From assembly GCF_964194025.1 (NCBI RefSeq), contig NC_134469.1, forward strand, positions 13,640,001 through 13,704,000: a stretch of DNA of 64,000 nucleotides, written 5' to 3'. Made by a program: the position numbers and the translations under genes. Source of the DNA: Convolutriloba macropyga (Eukaryota). A model generated the notes under the pieces. The model did no database searches and was not told the origin of the DNA. It worked only from the letters and a program-made list of their open reading frames with translations. Below, piece by piece: positions 33,601 to 47,200 of this stretch (within the stretch, counting starts at the first letter, position 1; every line of letters starts with the position of its first letter).

Positions 33601-36600
33601 CACTATACTGTCCAAATCGTGTTCTCTGACTACGTGGAAAAGACTGTACCACTGAAAAACAAAGTTTACAGGGATTGGACGGCTCTTGAAAACCACTTAA
33701 TTTTAGAAAAAATGGTTTTTAAAATAAGAGACGAATTAGGCAGACTTATGTCGCACTTTTTTGTTTTGGATTGTGATCTTGCTTTTGAAAAGTTTCAAGA
33801 GGCTATCATTGAGGAAGTTGACAATTACATTCCATTGAAAAAATCAAAACCTTCTCAGCAACCAAATTGGATTGACAACAGTATAAAAAATTTAGCTGCA
33901 AAAAAACAGAGCTTATTCCAGACGTTCTTGAGACACAAAAATAATAAAAACAAGGAGAAGTTCAATAAAATCAGGAATAAGCTGAGAAAGAAAATAAAAG
34001 AAAACAAAAGAATCTATTATCAGAAAATGTTGCACAGAAACGCACAAAAGAATTCCAGCAGCTTTTTTAATACAATGAGAACATTGAGTGGAAATACGCG
34101 AAAAGAACAAGAAGAGTTGTCAGAGAAACAGGTTGAAGGTTTCAACATTTACTTCACAACTATCGGAAAAATTTTATCGAATAAATTAATTGATCCTGGA
34201 AAAAACGGAAGACAAAAAAAGAACTTTAAACAGCATGTTTTTGACCTCAGCAAATGAAGCCGAAATATCACTAGTCATTAAAAAATTGAAAAATAAATAT
34301 AGCACTGATTGTGACGGTCTCAACAACTTTATACTTACAAAAATAGAATATGCTATAGTTCCTACATTGACGTTTCTAGTCAATAAGTGTTTCGAAAAAG
34401 GAACTTTCCCAAAATGTTTGAAAAAAGCAGTAGTAATTCCTATACATAAGTGCGAGAATGCTTACAAAGCTCAGAACTACAGGCCAATTAGTTTATTACC
34501 AACGATTGGAAAAACACTAGAAAAATTACTCTGTGATCGAATGACCGCATTCCTCGAGAAATACGATTTGCTTAATAAAAATCAATTTGGGTTCCGACAA
34601 AAAAGAGGGACTACTGATGCATTAGTTAATTTCCTCGAGGGAATCAGAGAAGACTGGGAAAATGGATTTAAAGAAGTGAAGGCTGTCTTCATAGATCTGA
34701 AGAAAGCATTTGATACAGTTGAACAAAATTTGCTCCTTGAAAAGCTAGAAAACATAGGAATGAGAGGACCTGTACATAAATTACTGAAATTTTATCTGAG
34801 TGACAGACAACAATGTGTCAAATCGGTTGAGTTTAGGTCGGAATTCTTACCAATAGAATATGGAGTGCCGCAGGGCTCGGTGCTAGGACCACTGCTCTTT
34901 CTAGTTTATATAAATGATATTCAGGAGTTCTGCGGTGACTCAACTGCAATTTTGTTTGCTGATGACGCTGTTTTGAAGCAAAATGTGTATTCAAGTAAAG
35001 AAAAATTTGAGAAGTCATTAGAATCTGTAGCCGACTATTTTTTGCAAAACAAACTGACACTCAATTTAGAAAAAACGCATCTTGTGAATTTGAACGCAAT
35101 CAGAAAATCTTCTCAACAATAGATAATTTTGCAGAATTATGCGATCTGTCAAAAAACGTCTTTAAAATACTTAGGAGTACATATTGACGAAAAACTTAAT
35201 TTTAATCGGCATATCCTCGAATTATGTGCGAAACTGTCCAAATTTTCTGGATTGTTTTATAAATTGAGATCAATTTTAACAACTGCACAGCTTCTTGTAA
35301 CATATAAAGTTTACGTACAACCAATACTAAATTATGGTGTTTTAGTCTACGGAACCAGTAGCAAGACAACACTTCAGCCTCTAGAAGCAAAAGTAAAACA
35401 AATTGCCAGAATCATTTTTAAAAGAGAAAAACGGAATCAACACTGCAAAATCGAGAAAAGTATAAAATGCATTCGATCAAAGATTTGCACATTTATGAAC
35501 TGTTTAAAAAACTAACAGAGATACTTAGATCAGAATGCGAAATAAATAGTCTAAAATTGCTTATAACAAAGAAAGAAATAGAGTCAGTTGAGTTAAAAAG
35601 AACATCATCCCGTCAGTTAAAAAGTACAAACGCGGTTAGTGGACTTAGCCCTAAACGACTAGGAGTAAGAATAAGAAAATTGTTAAATTTTATATTAAAA
35701 TTTAACCCCAATTTCATTTCAGAAGTACAAATCTTGAGTAAAAAAGAATTGAAACGTTATCAGTATAGTTTTAGAGACAATTACATTAGCAATAACCAAC
35801 AATTAGTTTCGTTAATATATTGAGCCGATCATTTCAAATCCTTAGCATCTTTAGCATCTGACAATCTGTCTTTTAAAGTTTCTTAGTACTGCTACTGGCA
35901 TCACTTGACGAGGACCATCGGACCTTTTGATGACCTATCAAGTAAGTGGCGGTTCTGTGCGGCCTAGTTTGTACAGCAATGCCAACTTACTTGAAAACAA
36001 TTTATTATTATTACTATATTAAACCACAACCGAAAGACAGCGTCTGTCGACTGCGCCTCTAACCTGAAGTAGGAAGCAAACACCAGCCCTATAATCTTTC
36101 CGTGAATGAAGTTGATTCTGTCTTTGTCTTCTTTCAACTTCAACTCCTCTAACTCTCTCACCCACTTCTCTTCAATCTTGCTGGCCTTCTTTCTAATTTT
36201 GGAGTCATATCTGGCTAAAACATTGCCCACATCACTCTTAGCACTGATATAGCAAGTTAGGAGAACCTTTAAAAGTCTATACATAACATGAACTATATGA
36301 GCGCAATTAGAAATTACAATGCCACTTTATATAGATAGCGGACAATAGCAAAAGTGCCTATGATTTATTTCGTTTGTTTCAGCTTTCTGAGCTGAAACCT
36401 GTACCCATTTTATATTCTACAGAGCAACGGGCTTATAACATATAAATTGACATAAAAGAAGCCAAATCGGTTATGTATAACTGAATCCAGCAAACCTGAA
36501 GTAACTTCTACAAAATTCGTCTAAGAGCAACTAAGAAAAGTCAACATGCGGAAAACTTACCATTCTGCTTCTTGCGCATTCTCTTCTCTCGTCTCTCTTT

Positions 36601-38216
36601 GATCTCGAACTCTCGAATCTTCTCATAATTCACCTCAGTAATTGGAAGAGATAGGAATGTTTTCAAACAGCAACTGTGCACCGTAAACGCTTTACTGACC
36701 AGAATTTTATCCAGGTAGAACATGATCTCCAGTGACGTTTGACCTGATCTGTCATTTTCAAAAATTTGCGCAATTGCTGTACTCGCAATTTCGGCTAATT
36801 CTTTATTCGAAGCTGTGGAGAACATACACACAATTCTTATAATATTCGTGCGGTAATTGAAATGCGATATGTTTACCAATAAAGAACCAGCGCATTGGGC
36901 AACGACAGGTCGAAGTATTTTAGCCTGTTTTCTTAGATAGTCTAATTGAAAAACCTTTGAGTCATTTCCACTCGTTGTTTGAAGCTTTCTGGCTCCTAAT
37001 GGACACGCTCCTTTTAAGATACACTCCATATGTTTAATATACGACTGATAATCTCGCAGCAAAATTTCCTCGAAGTTGCGGAGCTTCTTAACATCTTTCT
37101 TAACACGTACTTTCTTCTCGTCCGAAGTTAATTCTCTGATCTTATATCCAGGTACGATATCCTTTATAACTTCACATACAGAAAGTAGGAGTAATTTCAT
37201 TAAAATTGAACTCTTTCGAACTTTAGGTCGGTTGAACAGGGCCACCAAATCCGTAAGTTGTTTAATATTTGTCTCTGGATCTTCGCAGATGTTTTGAGAA
37301 AGACACGCAATTTTAATTTTGGTTTCTTCTAAGAATTCTGCTTCCGATAGTAGATCTCTCATTGCACTTTGCTTACCTATAAATATTCAATGTCGTGTTG
37401 GCCACAAGCCTAACAAACTAACATAGCCAAAAATTTGCATTAGCCAAAATAAATTTGAGCCAATAAATCAAACTTTGACAGGTTAAAGCGCTTTTTGCAA
37501 ACAAAACTTGTTTTACTTTCTGAGGTAGAAACTAGGCTTCTTAAATTCTACGACACTACATCCAATCATTCGTTGGTGTGAATTTTCTAAAACTCTATTA
37601 CAACAGAATTTGAAATGTTAATAGAAAAGTAGCGAACTTGACTAATAACAGTTTAAGTTTCTAGATGATCCTTACCTCTTTTCCCCAATTTTTTACCACT
37701 TTCCTCATAAATCAGTTCGTCTTCTTGATGATCATCCTCAACATCTTCCTCTTTGTCACTCAATTCAACGTCATTCACTTCCATGTAATCTTCTTGCATT
37801 TCACTAATGTCAAAATCACTCATTTCATTATCATCTTGCGCAACTACCTTCCCATCATCGAACTTGACTGGCAACCTTCCCGCCTTCTTATTGTGCAATT
37901 CTGATTGGTCGACATTCCTGAATGATCCTTTATGCAGTTTTTCGTACTCTTCATCGTCGCTCAATCCTTCGTAATCATCATCAGCCTCGTCAGCTGAGAA
38001 TCCCGCTTCTTCATAAAACAATTTCTGGGCTTCAACGTCATCATCGTCCGCTTTTCGAGATTCGATAGTCGCATCTGTTTTCTTGAAAGTCGAAGTTGAC
38101 TTTTGGGATTTGAGATCCCTCAGATGTGATTTGTCTAAGGCTTTCCGAACTTTTAAAGACCTTTTAGAAAGTTTCAGGACGCGTTTGGCATCCGCGTCCG
38201 GGAATTTGATACCCAT
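24622..38216 (-). CDS. NOC3L: Nucleolar complex protein 3 homolog, 6 coding exons, 764 aa
   Basis: Exons 38216-37676, 37376-36561, 36214-36064, 30678-30499, 30154-29894 and 24967-24622; all GT-AG and phase-consistent (2295 nt). Motifs RLPVK, KDIVPGYKIR, HFNYRTNI, LEGVAKLGHLI.VEF and GSGKY...DPD..NA...LWEL. Confidence 0.93.
25710..26232 (-). mobile_element. HINE-like element, divergent subfamily
   Basis: CATAGCCGGCAGATTGCCGG hairpin, AGCTGCGAA...TTCGCAGCT subterminal repeat and shared core GAGTGAGGTAAGTCA. Confidence 0.65.
27739..27823 (+). ncRNA. Degenerate HDV-like self-cleaving ribozyme fold
   Basis: P2 GTCAGT/GCTGAC, P3-L3 ACC-TCCATCT-GGG, P1' GCCACCT, P4 TAACT..CCGCT/AGTGG..AGTTA, J4/2 GCTAA with the candidate catalytic C at 27814. 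P1, P1.1 and P3 contain mismatches. Confidence 0.55.
28722..29737 (-). mobile_element. Head-to-tail cluster of HINE-like copies (28722-29040 truncated, 29042-29540 complete, 29541-29737 partial)
   Basis: Same termini and core as 22116-22620. Confidence 0.8.
31412..32189 (+). pseudogene. LINE ORF1 (coiled coil + RRM-like), frameshifted
   Basis: Coiled coil followed by QERYTSKDCVIICNPP...VICKFV...IYIND. Confidence 0.75.
32979..35823 (+). pseudogene. LINE ORF2: AP endonuclease + reverse transcriptase, several frameshifts/stops
   Basis: APE motifs NIRS, CLTETW, GGGV, GDFN and TDH; RT motifs NYRPISLL, QFGFR, DLKKAFDTV, GVPQGSVLGP, FADD and KYLGV. Confidence 0.95.
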
Positions 38217-39309
38217 TTGAGTTACCTGAAAATTAATGTTTAACAACCACTATTGTAAAGCCACAAGGAGTGCATAATGTAATGAAACACGCCTTTGATG
38301 CATTTAAGACGTATTGATTCAAAACGGTAGATCATGGATATGGTCAACAGAAAAAAATGCTCTGATCTTATCAAATTTCTACGCGTACTTGAGCTTTAGT
38401 CGTTCATTTCTGCCACTTCAAAAAAACTCGCTTCGACATTGAAATTCGAGCTTTGACAGAACTGTAGCAACACCTTCGGACCGCATTTAGATAATCGCGC
38501 ATCATCAATTAAGCAAAAACATTGCCGACAATTTACCACAAAATAGCCGTGATTGACATCCTTAAACCTTATAAAGATTGATAGACATCAAAAAGCAGAA
38601 AAACGTGACGGCATGTTATTTTCAAAACGTTAAAAAGCATCCAATTTAGATCAGTATTTGAAAGGGTTCAATTTGGAGTAATTTTTAAATGACCAAAAGT
38701 TTTTTAAGGCTCAAAGTCACGATAAACCTTGGACGTCTACTTTAGGTACAGCCCGATGACCTTCAATTAGTTTCAATAAAATTTAATTCAGTAGGGAATA
38801 CAGCTTTCTTTAGTGAAGTCGTGTATGATCAAATCTTATCACCTCATTGAGCTGAAAACGCACGTTCGGCAGTTTAGAAAATGAAAAATGACCACATGCA
38901 AACAAATTCAATGGCTGAGATCTAGAAGCCAATGAATTATACTGAACTGCAAAACTAAGTGTTATAAAATAATGTTATAAAATAACATTGTGAAGAAGAT
39001 TTTTACACCGCTGATCCCTTACATTAGTCCTGTCGCCTGCCCATTAAATAACTAAGAACAAAATTCAAGTAACGGGCATCTAAAATTGGGCTTTATGGGT
39101 TTATTCCGTTTCTATTTCTGATTTCGTTTTTAGATACTGACTCAGTTCAATTTAAATAGCTTTGCTGAGCAAGTACTGTCTAAAAACACTTTAAGCAAAA
39201 TGAGAGAACAGTGCAACTAGCCTAAAGAAGTCAAAAAGATTTCAAGCAAAACGTTGAACAAGACGTGAAACTAAGGTTAAAGCGAAAATAAAGTAGTATG
39301 AGAAGTAAA

Positions 39310-40645
39310 AGTAAAAAACATAGGACAAGTCCTGACGAACAATTCAAAGAATTTTCAATGACTAAATAAAAAACAAGGCCTAGAATGAACTATGAATAGA
39401 TTGGGAAAACCATTAAAAAAATCTGATCCAAAAATTAAAAATCAAAGTGAAATTGCCGCATGTGAACAAAAAACCACTAGCGAGAAAGCGATTTTTTTGT
39501 TCAAACACCGTTTTCTCACTCTACTTTAAAATTAGAGTGAAAAAATTTCACGCCGCAAAACCACTAGCTTTTTCGCTCCACTTCCTGTTTCGGCGTGACA
39601 AAAATCACTACTCCAATTTGACTACAAAAAATCATTAAAATGTGTGAACAGATCTTAAAAAAAAACATAGCCGGAAGAATTCCGGAAACGACTCGAAGGA
39701 GAAAATTGCCCATACTTATGACTAAACAACTAGAACAACTATTGCGAACCCTAAACCTCCACAAATGCCATACAAAATTAAGGAAGAATAGAAACGGCAC
39801 TCAAAAACAAATTGAACAAGAAAAAACTATAAAAACTTAATGAGTTTTTTTTAATAGCACAAGGAAACATAAAGCCGAACAAAGTTCCTTTGCAATTAAA
39901 GCATTGAAAAGCTCGCAAAACAATAGGCAAGTCAAAATAGACTGAGAAACTTGTCTAAGATTCAAAAAAAGAAAAAACGCAAAAAAATAAGAAAAATGGT
40001 TTAAAATCTCTCAATTTTTCTGTCATTTTTCCTAGGAAAGAAATGATTTATACCAACAAAACTTCAATCAATTGGTATTTGAAAATTCCTTTAGTAACAA
40101 GCTTCCATTCAAATCCCACTTAAAGCAGTAAAACAAAAAAACAGGTAAAAAATCATTAAATTTCTTCTAAAAACAGCAAAACTGATCAAAAACCTCCAAT
40201 TAGCATTAAACTCAAATTAACTACTTGAAACCTTCAATTCCTATCAAAACAAGCCTAAAACTAATACAATATCACAATCAAACCTCATAACCATCAAAAC
40301 TTGCAAAAAAAACTGCTTTTAAAAGCCGCACGTGAACAAAAAAATTTCGCTCGCTTAGAGAAAATTTTTTCACACATCAACTTCTCGCTCTCTCACAGCG
40401 GTATGAACAAAACCCACTCTCTTTTCGCTCCGCTCTCTTTACTTTTGTTCAGCACCAAAATCACTCCAAAATTCTTCACGCGTTTCATTTCCCGCTTCAA
40501 AAATCTCTCCAAAAAATTGATTAAAAAAGGACTTCTCCAATACTCCTGTTCGAGTCGTAAAAAGACAGCGCCCCAATACAATTCAAATTCTTTGAATTGT
40601 AAAAAATAGGAGCGCCGGCTAGGAAGCTGCGGCGGCCAGTAATTA
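39310..40645. repeat. Dispersed A-rich repeat family with GCCGCA(C/T)GTGAACAAAAAA core (related copies ~26260-27090, 42700-43895, 54150-54730)
   Basis: Shared blocks, e.g. ACAAGTCCTGACG..CAATTCAAAGAATTTTCA (39326, 54161) and TACTCC..TTCGAGTCGTA (27035, 40541, 43818). One copy ends TGCGGCTATT like the HINEs. Confidence 0.65.
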
Positions 40646-41768
40646 CTTTTATATTAGCATCAAACTTCATTTTAGAACGAGAGCAATTGAAATTACTCAA
40701 AATGAAGAAGTGAAGCTTGAACAATTATCTTGAAAAGTCACAATGTTCTAGAACAAAAGCGCAAAAATAGTCAAGCAAAAATTTTGCATAAAAAAGACAA
40801 ACACGTTTACAATAATTGGTTCAAACTTCTTTCGAGAGCAATTAATAACCATTGTAGATCCAATAACAGTTTCTGTTCCAACTAAATTTATAAACGACAA
40901 CACAAAAATCTATCATGAAACTTCTTTCCTCGTTTTGGCATCGTACAAATTCAGCTAAATCTGTGTCAAAGTTTAAACTAATCTTGAAAACTAAAATCTA
41001 GAAAAGAAGGAGATTTCGAACCAAGTTAGTTCCAAAAATCTCGCTCCGAAATTCTTTGCTCATTACCTTTTGCTAGAAGCACTGCTAGACGTAAACTTTA
41101 AACACTTCAAATTGAACCAACAGGAAATCGCAAAAAAATTCAAAACGAATCCCTGAATAAAACTGTTGAAAGATAAAGACAAACACAAATTCAGTCAAAA
41201 TCTTTCATCACAGCTCATATCGCATGGAAAGAGACAAAAATAACATTAAATCAATTACTAAAGTACATTATGTCAAATAAGTCAAAATAAAACAGTAGTC
41301 GTAATCCTCAAAAGTTTAAATCCTTTTCAACGGTAATTAAAAAAACATTTTTCTTAGAACCTTATTAGAAAAGAAACAACAGACTAAGGTCGGCCGTATT
41401 GCTCTCAAACGGGTGGGGTGTTTCGAGCGGGAGTGGGGTCTCAAAAGTCAACGGCCGGATTTCGAGAGAGCGGGTTTAGGGTTGGACGAGAAAGGACGAA
41501 GAAAATAACTGACAGCAATTATCGCACTGAACATTTGAACGCATGACCGTTTGTCTTTGCGCACCGAATATATCAATAAAGGAAGTTACACTTGTCACTA
41601 TCTTAACGCCGTTGGTAACAATTTTTTTTCAGGCGACGTTGACAATATTTTTTTAAATTCCACAATTGATGCGAATAAACACACTATGCTTCATAATTCC
41701 CAGAAATTGCCAGAATATCTATCTACTATGGCAATACATTCTGCCATAAGCGAAAGGATTTGTATAAA

Positions 41769-42169
41769 CGGTTCTACTTTTTTTCACCCCCTATTCATTT
41801 AACCCCCTATCATTTAACCGCGATTTTTTCACCCCTCTATCATTTCACCCCTCTAGCATTTCATCCCGTCACTTAGAAGTCGACATTAAAGGCATGTTTT
41901 GTCATAATTAAGTGGATAAATTAATCCCACGTTCGGTTGTGATAGTTTCATATCAAGTCCCACGGGCCGCTGAGGCATGGCCATGGCCCGTGAGGCATGG
42001 CCAAATGACTATATTGCTAATTTAATTATCCTTATTTTATAGAAAGATTAAAATCGGGGTGAAATGATAGAGGGGTTAAAAGATAGAGGGGTTAAATGAT
42101 ACAGGGGTGATTAAATCGGGGTTAAATGATAGGGGGTTAAATGAATAGGGGTGAAAAAGCGGGACACCG
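41769..42169. mobile_element. MITE/foldback element with internally repetitive TIRs and TATAAA TSD
   Basis: CGGT...ACCG ends, TATAAA on both flanks, (ATCATTT(A/C)ACCCC)n on the left mirrored by (GGGGT(T/G)AAATGAT)n on the right. Confidence 0.8.
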
Positions 42170-43159
42170 TATAAACATGCAGTTGACGTGTGAAGTTGGT
42201 GCGGTGCTGCGTCAAATCGATGGAGACTCACAACACTGCTAACATTTAAAAGTAACAAAAAGTATCTCGCACTGGCTCTAAAAGTAATCGAGCAAGAATT
42301 CGGATGACTAAAGGACACTCATCGCCCAAAAATGTCAAACATCTGCTAATGCAATAAATTATAAGATTTCCTATAGAAAAGTAGAAAGAAGTAATGCCTT
42401 TTGGTGTAGCAATGAATTCCGGTGTACAAATTTTGGTGTACAAACTCGAAAATATTTTCCATATATTTTATATCTCCTGAAGATTGCTGGAAAATAGCTG
42501 CGATAGGCTGCGTGACCTTCACTGGAATTGAAACAAGCATCGAATAAAGATATATAAACTGACCACCTATTATTTCCTCTCAGGGTTAGATTCTGAGTTA
42601 ACTAGTTCTCACTTCCAACCAGATAAAAGGAACAAGAAGAAGAGCTTGAAAAACCCCGATTCTCAAGAAGTAAGCCTTTAAAATAAAACAAAACGCATTT
42701 AAAAAAACTTAACTAAAAAAATCGTGAAAATAACAATTTTTTTAATATTACGAGCACAAATAGAGCCAAAAAAGTTCATTGGAGCAAATAGAGTATTGGA
42801 AAGCTTTCAAAACATTAGACAAGTCAAATAAAGATTGTGAACTTGTCTAAGATGAGAAAAAAACAAAAAGCTGAAAAAAAGGAAAAAGTTTACAATTTGT
42901 CTAATTCTCATATTTGTCAACGAAAAATGTTTCATACAGACGAAACTGTAATCACTTGATATCTAGAAACTCCTTAAGTAATAGGCTTCTTATCAAATCC
43001 TATTTAAAGGACTAAAACAAAACAATAGGCAAAAAATCACTTAAATGTGCTAAAATTTAGCAAAATATCTGAAAAATCTCCGAATTGGCTTGAGACACAA
43101 ACTACCAACAACCTTTAAACCTCTGTAAAAAAAATCAAAAATCATACATAACCGACTAC

Positions 43160-43550
43160 CGTCGGGCCAGTTATTGTCAAACAAACGTCGGGCGGTTGGC
43201 TCCGGTAGTAGCCAGCTGGGGCTTAGGGATGCTAGCATTAGGGAGTGTTGAGAGGCGCGGAGGGCGGGGGAGGGGGTGACTGAGGGGGGGGGGGGGGGGG
43301 TCAAATATTTAAGATGAAGAAGAACCGCCCTTCACATTGAAAATGTCTCCTCAAAACAGTTTCAGTGAATCACATTCTTAGAGTACAGTAAGGCATAGGG
43401 CTCTAACAGATTTGAATGCTCTCCGAGCACTACCTGTTTATCACGTTTTGAGGACGATAATTCAAATGGGTCAGACGAAAAATCGGTCAAGCGAAAAAAT
43501 CGCATTAAAAAAGCACAGGACTAATATACTTCCTTTGGGAGCAATTAGTA
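43160..43550. repeat. Second dispersed repeat family (related copy ~2150-2535; probable other-end fragment ~41388-41500)
   Basis: Shared G-rich block, AGAAC.GC.CTTCACA, CTGTTTATC, GGACGA..AATGG.CAGACGAA and terminal GAGCAATTA. ATTGCTCTCAAAC (41398) is the reverse complement of GTTTGAGAGCAAT (2521). Confidence 0.55.
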
Positions 43551-44211
43551 AAATGTCATAATCAAACCCCTTAATCATAGTTTTGATTAAAACTGTTTTA
43601 AAGAGCCGCATCTGAACAAAAAATCGCTCGCTTAGAAATTTTTTTTCACACCTCGATTTCTCTCTCTCTCTCAAAAATAGTGGTATGAACAAAAAGCCAC
43701 TCTCTTTTTGCTCCGCTCTTCAATATTCTTCAGCAACCAAACCACTCCGAATTTTACGCGTTTTTTCGTGCTTCAAAATTCACTCCAAAATAATTTTAAA
43801 AAGGACAACACCTCCAATACTCCTCTTCGAGTCGTAAAAAAACCGAGAGATGTCCAATAATATCCTCAACTATTAACAAGCTTTGCGGCTATTAACATGA
43901 ATCGTTCTCATTTTCATGTTTGATTTTTGTTCAGCAGATTGACCAAAACTATTGTTTTTACATGCGGCATCGACATTTACATTCTGTTTCGGTGACATTT
44001 AATAAATTTAAAAAAACAGGAGATCCCAATAACTCCTCTTTGATTTGTAATAAAACGATGAGATAGTTCTTGATTTCTTTTCAAGTATCTGTCACAAGAA
44101 AATGATTAAGAAGATACATTTCGTAAATTGGACACAAAAATAAGACAACAAAGATACATTTATTTTACAAAATAGATTACATTCACAAACACGTACTTCT
44201 AGCTATCTCTT

Positions 44212-47200
44212 CTATCTCAAATTCTTCTGTTTATCGTCAATTTCTACCCTTTTCGATTTGGCCGCATCCAGTACTACCAAGTTGAAGGGTCCCGACATAT
44301 CACAAAAAGGTTCGGCTAGGAAGGACATGCACTGATAAGCACCATCATCAATTCTTGAGATGTTGTAGAAGCTAAGGTTGTTCTGAGGCCTCATCATCTC
44401 AGTGTACTGCATGAACACCTGGTCATTCTTGAACCATTGCCAGTAAGCAGGACTGCTTGCCTCGCACGTGAACGTCACATTTGAGTTCTCCTGTACAGAT
44501 GTGTCTGAAATATACCCAATTTTTCTTCATCCTGGTCAAAAGTGACTATTTTAATTGACATAGCAAAAGAATAGTTTAAAGGAAAAAAAAACATTCTCCA
44601 TTCTATCATTAGGTAAAATTCTGTGTCTATCGATCCAGCTCTCAAAATAACGACAACGTCGCAGAAATTGAGCTGTGAAATTCAACATTGTTAACCAGTT
44701 GGAAATTGAAGGGCAAAGCCTGACGCGCCGGTCCTTGTGCCTACCGTTCTAGCATTATTTCCCTCAAATCAAAACAATAAAGCCCATGTCAACTAAGACA
44801 TGTCATCAAATTTTAATAGGAATTAATATCATAAATATCAATTAAATTCAGATTTTTTTAAAAAAAGCTTTCAACAAGTCCTGAAATACAATCTTTAGAA
44901 CTGAAAGAAAAACTTAGAACTAATGTACCCGACCAGCAGACCAATTGAAAAATTCCAGCCAAACAGTATCACTTTAGAGAAACTAAAAAAAAACAAACTA
45001 AACAAAAATACATAGATAAAACTCATGAGTTTTGACCCTGGAAGCCACATTTCATCGAATTAAATAAACCCATTCACTCATTTACATGCATTGATAAGGG
45101 TTTATTGGCACTTAAAGGTAGAAAAACTCGAGAAACAGGACAAATCCACTAAAACTGAAGATAGCAAAATTTACTGAAAGTTTATATTTCGCAATATTAA
45201 TAAGTTAAAAACCATTTTTGAGTCTCGAATCTGTCCAGTGGCACATGTGCAAGACCAAAAAAGATTTCAAATGCCCTTAAAGGCATCTTTAAGGGCATTT
45301 GAAATTTTTTTTGGTCTTGCAGATGTGCCACTGGACAGATTCGAGACTCAAAAATGGTTTTTAACATATTAATATTGCGAAATGTAGAAACTTTCAGTAA
45401 ATTTTTCTGTCTTAAGTTTTAGTGGTTTTGTCCTGTTTCTCGAGTTTTTCTCCCTTTGTTTTCTACCTTAGTTTTTCTATGAACATAGAAAATGACAAAA
45501 ATGAAAAGAATTGCAAATTTTATTGAAAAGTTGATAAAATCTTCAAAACCATTTCGCTGTCTCCAAAAACTATCCAAAACCTATCAAAAAAGAATTATCT
45601 CCAAAAATAATTTCAAGCCTGAAAAAGGCCAAGATAGTTATTGATATATTTGAAAAATGATTTAAAAATTAAGAAAATTTGAAAAAAAATTAAATTCGTA
45701 ATATTAAAATCTTGAAAACAAGTCTGTTGCCATTAGAAACTAACTATGCAACAACCTTTTAACAAACCCTAGAGGAGGTTCCCTGGCTACTGAGGCTGGA
45801 GCATTCAAAAATGACAAAAATTTTCGTTAAACTTCAAAAAGCACAAATAGTATCATTTTACGTGCTAATGTTTGCAATACAAAGACATATAGCCAACAAA
45901 ACGGTAACAAAAAGTAACTATGTCTTGCAACAGACCTTTGTCAACTTTAAAATTTTCAATTTAGGAATGATCAGAGACATTTCTAATGGCAAAAACGTAA
46001 ATTGCACCATTTTTGAATCAAACTCCTGAAAAGGACTTTTTAAAAGCTTTCCCAGCAGCTGCAGCACTCTAAGATCCTAAAAGACTACTAAAGCCAGCCA
46101 TGGGCCTCTAATGAAAATTAATGCCAACTGTGCGTTAACTGTATCTTGTTTTGAAAGATCAAAGTCCTGGAAAAAAAGTGTGAAAACATCTCACAAAAAA
46201 GGGATTTGTTTCCGTTTGTGTCCCCCAGCTGAGTGGGCGCATATTATTTGCAACCTCCAGTCGCACGAGCTATATTTTTACAAGCGTATCACCATGCAAA
46301 GAACAGAGCTAAATATAACAATGCTAACCGCACTTTCGTGCTAGCTAGCCGTTCGTCTGTCCGATGATGATCAACTCGCCTTGAATTCAATTATCGTATG
46401 TCGCTCAATGCGCCGAAAACCCAAAATCAATTTACTTCACGAAATTTAGTATTGAGAAAATAAGATGAAACATGACAAAAATTCTGGGGTAAAACTAGTT
46501 TCAAACTTTGGAAAATTGAAAATATTACTATAAAAAAACATACAAGAAAAATCTAAGGCACGCGGAAAACAAGATAACAGAGAACTCGAGAAACTGCATA
46601 TCAGGCACTCAACATCAGTATTAACACAATATAAATGTTATTACGTTACAATTAGTGTGATAACTAAAAATCAAAGATGGCAGAGGCCGAGAAATAGCGG
46701 TTATTGATTTGTTGACACGCAGCGCAAAAAACTGAAAAAATATCTTAGAATGACTCGGCAATGTGTTTCAAGTCTTTTTAAATATTATCACGTCTTGTGA
46801 TGTCTCAAGTAGTTTCTAAATTTGACCTCAGATAAAGTTCAATTAACGAGGCGGCCTCAGTCGGCTGTAATATCTCCATTTGGAAGCATACTCATTCATG
46901 TAGCAACACAATTGTCTATGCGAATGGAAAAATTTATTAATGAGATCGAAAACTAGCATCAAAACCTGGTCTACGAACTGCATGAGCGAATTAAAATCTT
47001 ATTTGAAAGGGGCCGAAAAAACAGAGATACAAAACTTTTGACCACAAATTAAATACAGCAAGAGAATTTCGGAGTATAAATTAGACAAAACGGGGAAAGT
47101 ACAAAAAAGTCAAACTATCGCACGTAAAAATCTCTCGAGAGCAAAAAATACCGTTTTTGTTCAGACGCTGTTATTCCAATTTAACTTCTTGTTGACAAGA

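Larger units (their letters stand above)
31170..36016 (+). mobile_element. Near full-length non-LTR retrotransposon (CR1/L2-group-like), decayed, antisense in NOC3L intron 3
   Basis: ORF1, ORF2 (APE + RT) and a (TAT)n tail at ~36001-36013. 5' boundary tentative; TATTAAAC at 31163 and 36017 may be a TSD. Confidence 0.88.
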
